Shown here: positions 62,176 to 64,000 of the stretch, one piece after another
Layout of the letters: every line of letters starts with the position of its first letter
Position numbering within the stretch: position 1 is the stretch's first letter
Source: Octopus vulgaris
Taxonomy: Eukaryota
Direction: 5' to 3'
Assembly: GCA_951406725.2 (NCBI GenBank)
Contig: OX597842.1
Span: forward strand, 13,268,001 to 13,332,000
DNA: 64,000 bases
Notes under the pieces: model-generated
The model's database searches: none
What the model was told of the DNA's origin: nothing
The model's input: the letters and a program-made list of their open reading frames with translations, nothing else
Made by a program: the position numbers and the translations under genes

Positions 62176-62177
<2 letters not shown>
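61189..62177. mobile_element. ORF-less foldback insertion with nested inverted repeats and two type III hammerheads
   Basis: 61189-61252 is inverted at 61676-61739; 61298-61680 is inverted at 61794-62176; absent from the paralogous (TA)n at ~50380-50420. Confidence 0.85.
61921..62013 (+). ncRNA. Type III hammerhead ribozyme (mirror copy 61461-61553, minus)
   Basis: cttgcgg-TT-tgcat(12-nt loop)atgta-CTGATGA-agtc...gacc-GAAA-ccgagg. Confidence 0.65.
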
Positions 62178-62242
<65 letters not shown>

Positions 62243-62341
62243 AAGTTATATGCACATTATCAGATATTTTGTTGGATGGCCGTTGACTGTTCAGGAGTTC
62301 ATTATACATACATACATTTATATATATACATCATACATACA

Positions 62342-62375
<34 letters not shown>

Positions 62376-62496
62376 CATACAGGCATACATACATACATAT
62401 ACATACATACATAAATATATATACACACACATATATGTCCATGTATGTACGTAATGTACGTATGTATGTAAGTATGTATGTATGTATGTATGTATG

Positions 62497-62527
<31 letters not shown>

Positions 62528-64000
62528 GTATGCATGTAAGTAATGTATATATATATGTTTGTTTGTATGCATGCACAAAATGCTTCACTTGATGTATCAT
62601 ATTCACATATATGCAACACGCACTCGTAGTCCATCACACAAGTTCACAAACAAATACGTGCTGCGACTGGGCGTGGGTGAAATTATAAAATATACATTTA
62701 CATAAAAAAAGAGAAGGTAAAATTATATATGCGAATAAAATTTAAAAAAAATATAGAACAGCCTATCAAAAAGGTAAATATAAAAAAGACTAAAATTCTC
62801 TAAGAATTATAAAGCGTGTCATGCTACCAAAAAAAAACTAATAAACTAAGATAAAACAAAATATCAAACGACTAAAAATATTTTAAGAAGTTCTTTTTTA
62901 CTCCCTTCACAAAACGTACATCCAAAATGTTCAATTCTTAAAACCATGGTTTGTTACAGTCCATGAGCAAAGAGAGTTCCACAAGGTCAATTCAAACAAA
63001 CCTATGGCCATTTCGATTATATTAAAGTGCATAACGGCAATGTCCCTCTCTTCAGGATGAACAGGAACCAGGAAACACGCACAGAGCAAAACTAAAAAGT
63101 TCATACAACGCCACATGGCTAATTTTAAGATAAACCCGGTATTGCAGCAACATTTTCTAACACATAAAAATCACCGAATTATTTTATTGCTAAACATGCA
63201 GGTGGCTGTTGTTAAGAGAAATTTATACTCGCTGGTTTCAAAACCCTATAAAATTAACCCTTATTTACTACATCTACTTTCATTTCTAAACACTTTCAGA
63301 AAAGTGGACGAAAACTTATGGGTGTAAAAAGGGATCACCTCAGTAAATTTATTTAAGCCCAAAAGACTTAAGGATGGCAAGGGATTCCCTTACACATAAC
63401 TTTCACTTATCTATATTAACTCATAAATAAGGAGCTCACGAAATAACAGACCATTCAAGAGAATATCTTTTAATTATTCCTCTTTAAACTGTGTATATAA
63501 GAATCAAGTGTAGTAGAATAACAGTATTCTTCGTTGGAAAACGAATTCATGTGAGCCCTATACATAGTCTTAAAATTTACAGCACTGCCTATATAAAACT
63601 TATCCAAATTACCATCCTCATTGACAAAGCATTTATATATTGCATTAGTAGAGAGGCAAAGCCAATGACGGAGACATAATACAGTGTTTCTACAATTATA
63701 CGATTTACCAAAGCCATTCCTAACTTTATTACAACAACAAACATTATTTGTCTGGCTTCCCACGTTCTTTCCTTCAGATATCCCATTACTGGGGTTCGAT
63801 AAAACTGGTGGAAGCAAATGGTTTGTAGCACTAAACAGGCATATAAGGGCTTACCTGGCCAGTACCAGGGTTTTCCAGCAGAAGAATACTTCCTCAGCCC
63901 TTATCCAATAAACTTGCTTCTATTAAGAGACGCAATAATGGAGGCCATAGTTGGCATTACTGAGTAAGAGAATTTGATGGGAGACTTATTGCAAATGCTG

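Overview
AT-rich, microsatellite-dense eukaryotic DNA; the SINE/LINE/Penelope repertoire suggests a mollusc, most likely an octopus-like cephalopod (inference). Most listed ORFs are microsatellite noise. Three main results. (1) A minus-strand host gene missed by the ORF track: five 72-bp, phase-2/phase-2 leucine-rich-repeat exons (53781-53852, 50898-50969, 46920-46991, 43927-43998, 41881-41952) followed by a 170-bp LRR C-terminal-cap exon (38761-38930). The LRR exons sit in homologous intronic cassettes that are being duplicated and deleted, and variation concentrates at the exposed LxxLxLxxN positions. (2) More than 20 hammerhead-ribozyme (HHR)-like motifs in Penelope-like pseudo-LTR modules. 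They include compensatory C3-G8, U3-A8 and G3-C8 cores, back-to-back palindromic pairs, a type III HHR in a ~1-kb ORF-less foldback insertion whose empty site is in the window, and a candidate non-circularly permuted HHR. (3) Ordinary mobile elements: a near-intact CR1-group LINE that shares its 3' tail with an abundant SINE, a decayed Penelope element, mariner, Tc1, R4/Dong and RTE relics, a foldback MITE, tRNA-derived SINEs (some in tandem arrays), minisatellites, and a 100-N gap. All coordinates and structures were read by eye; no searches were run.
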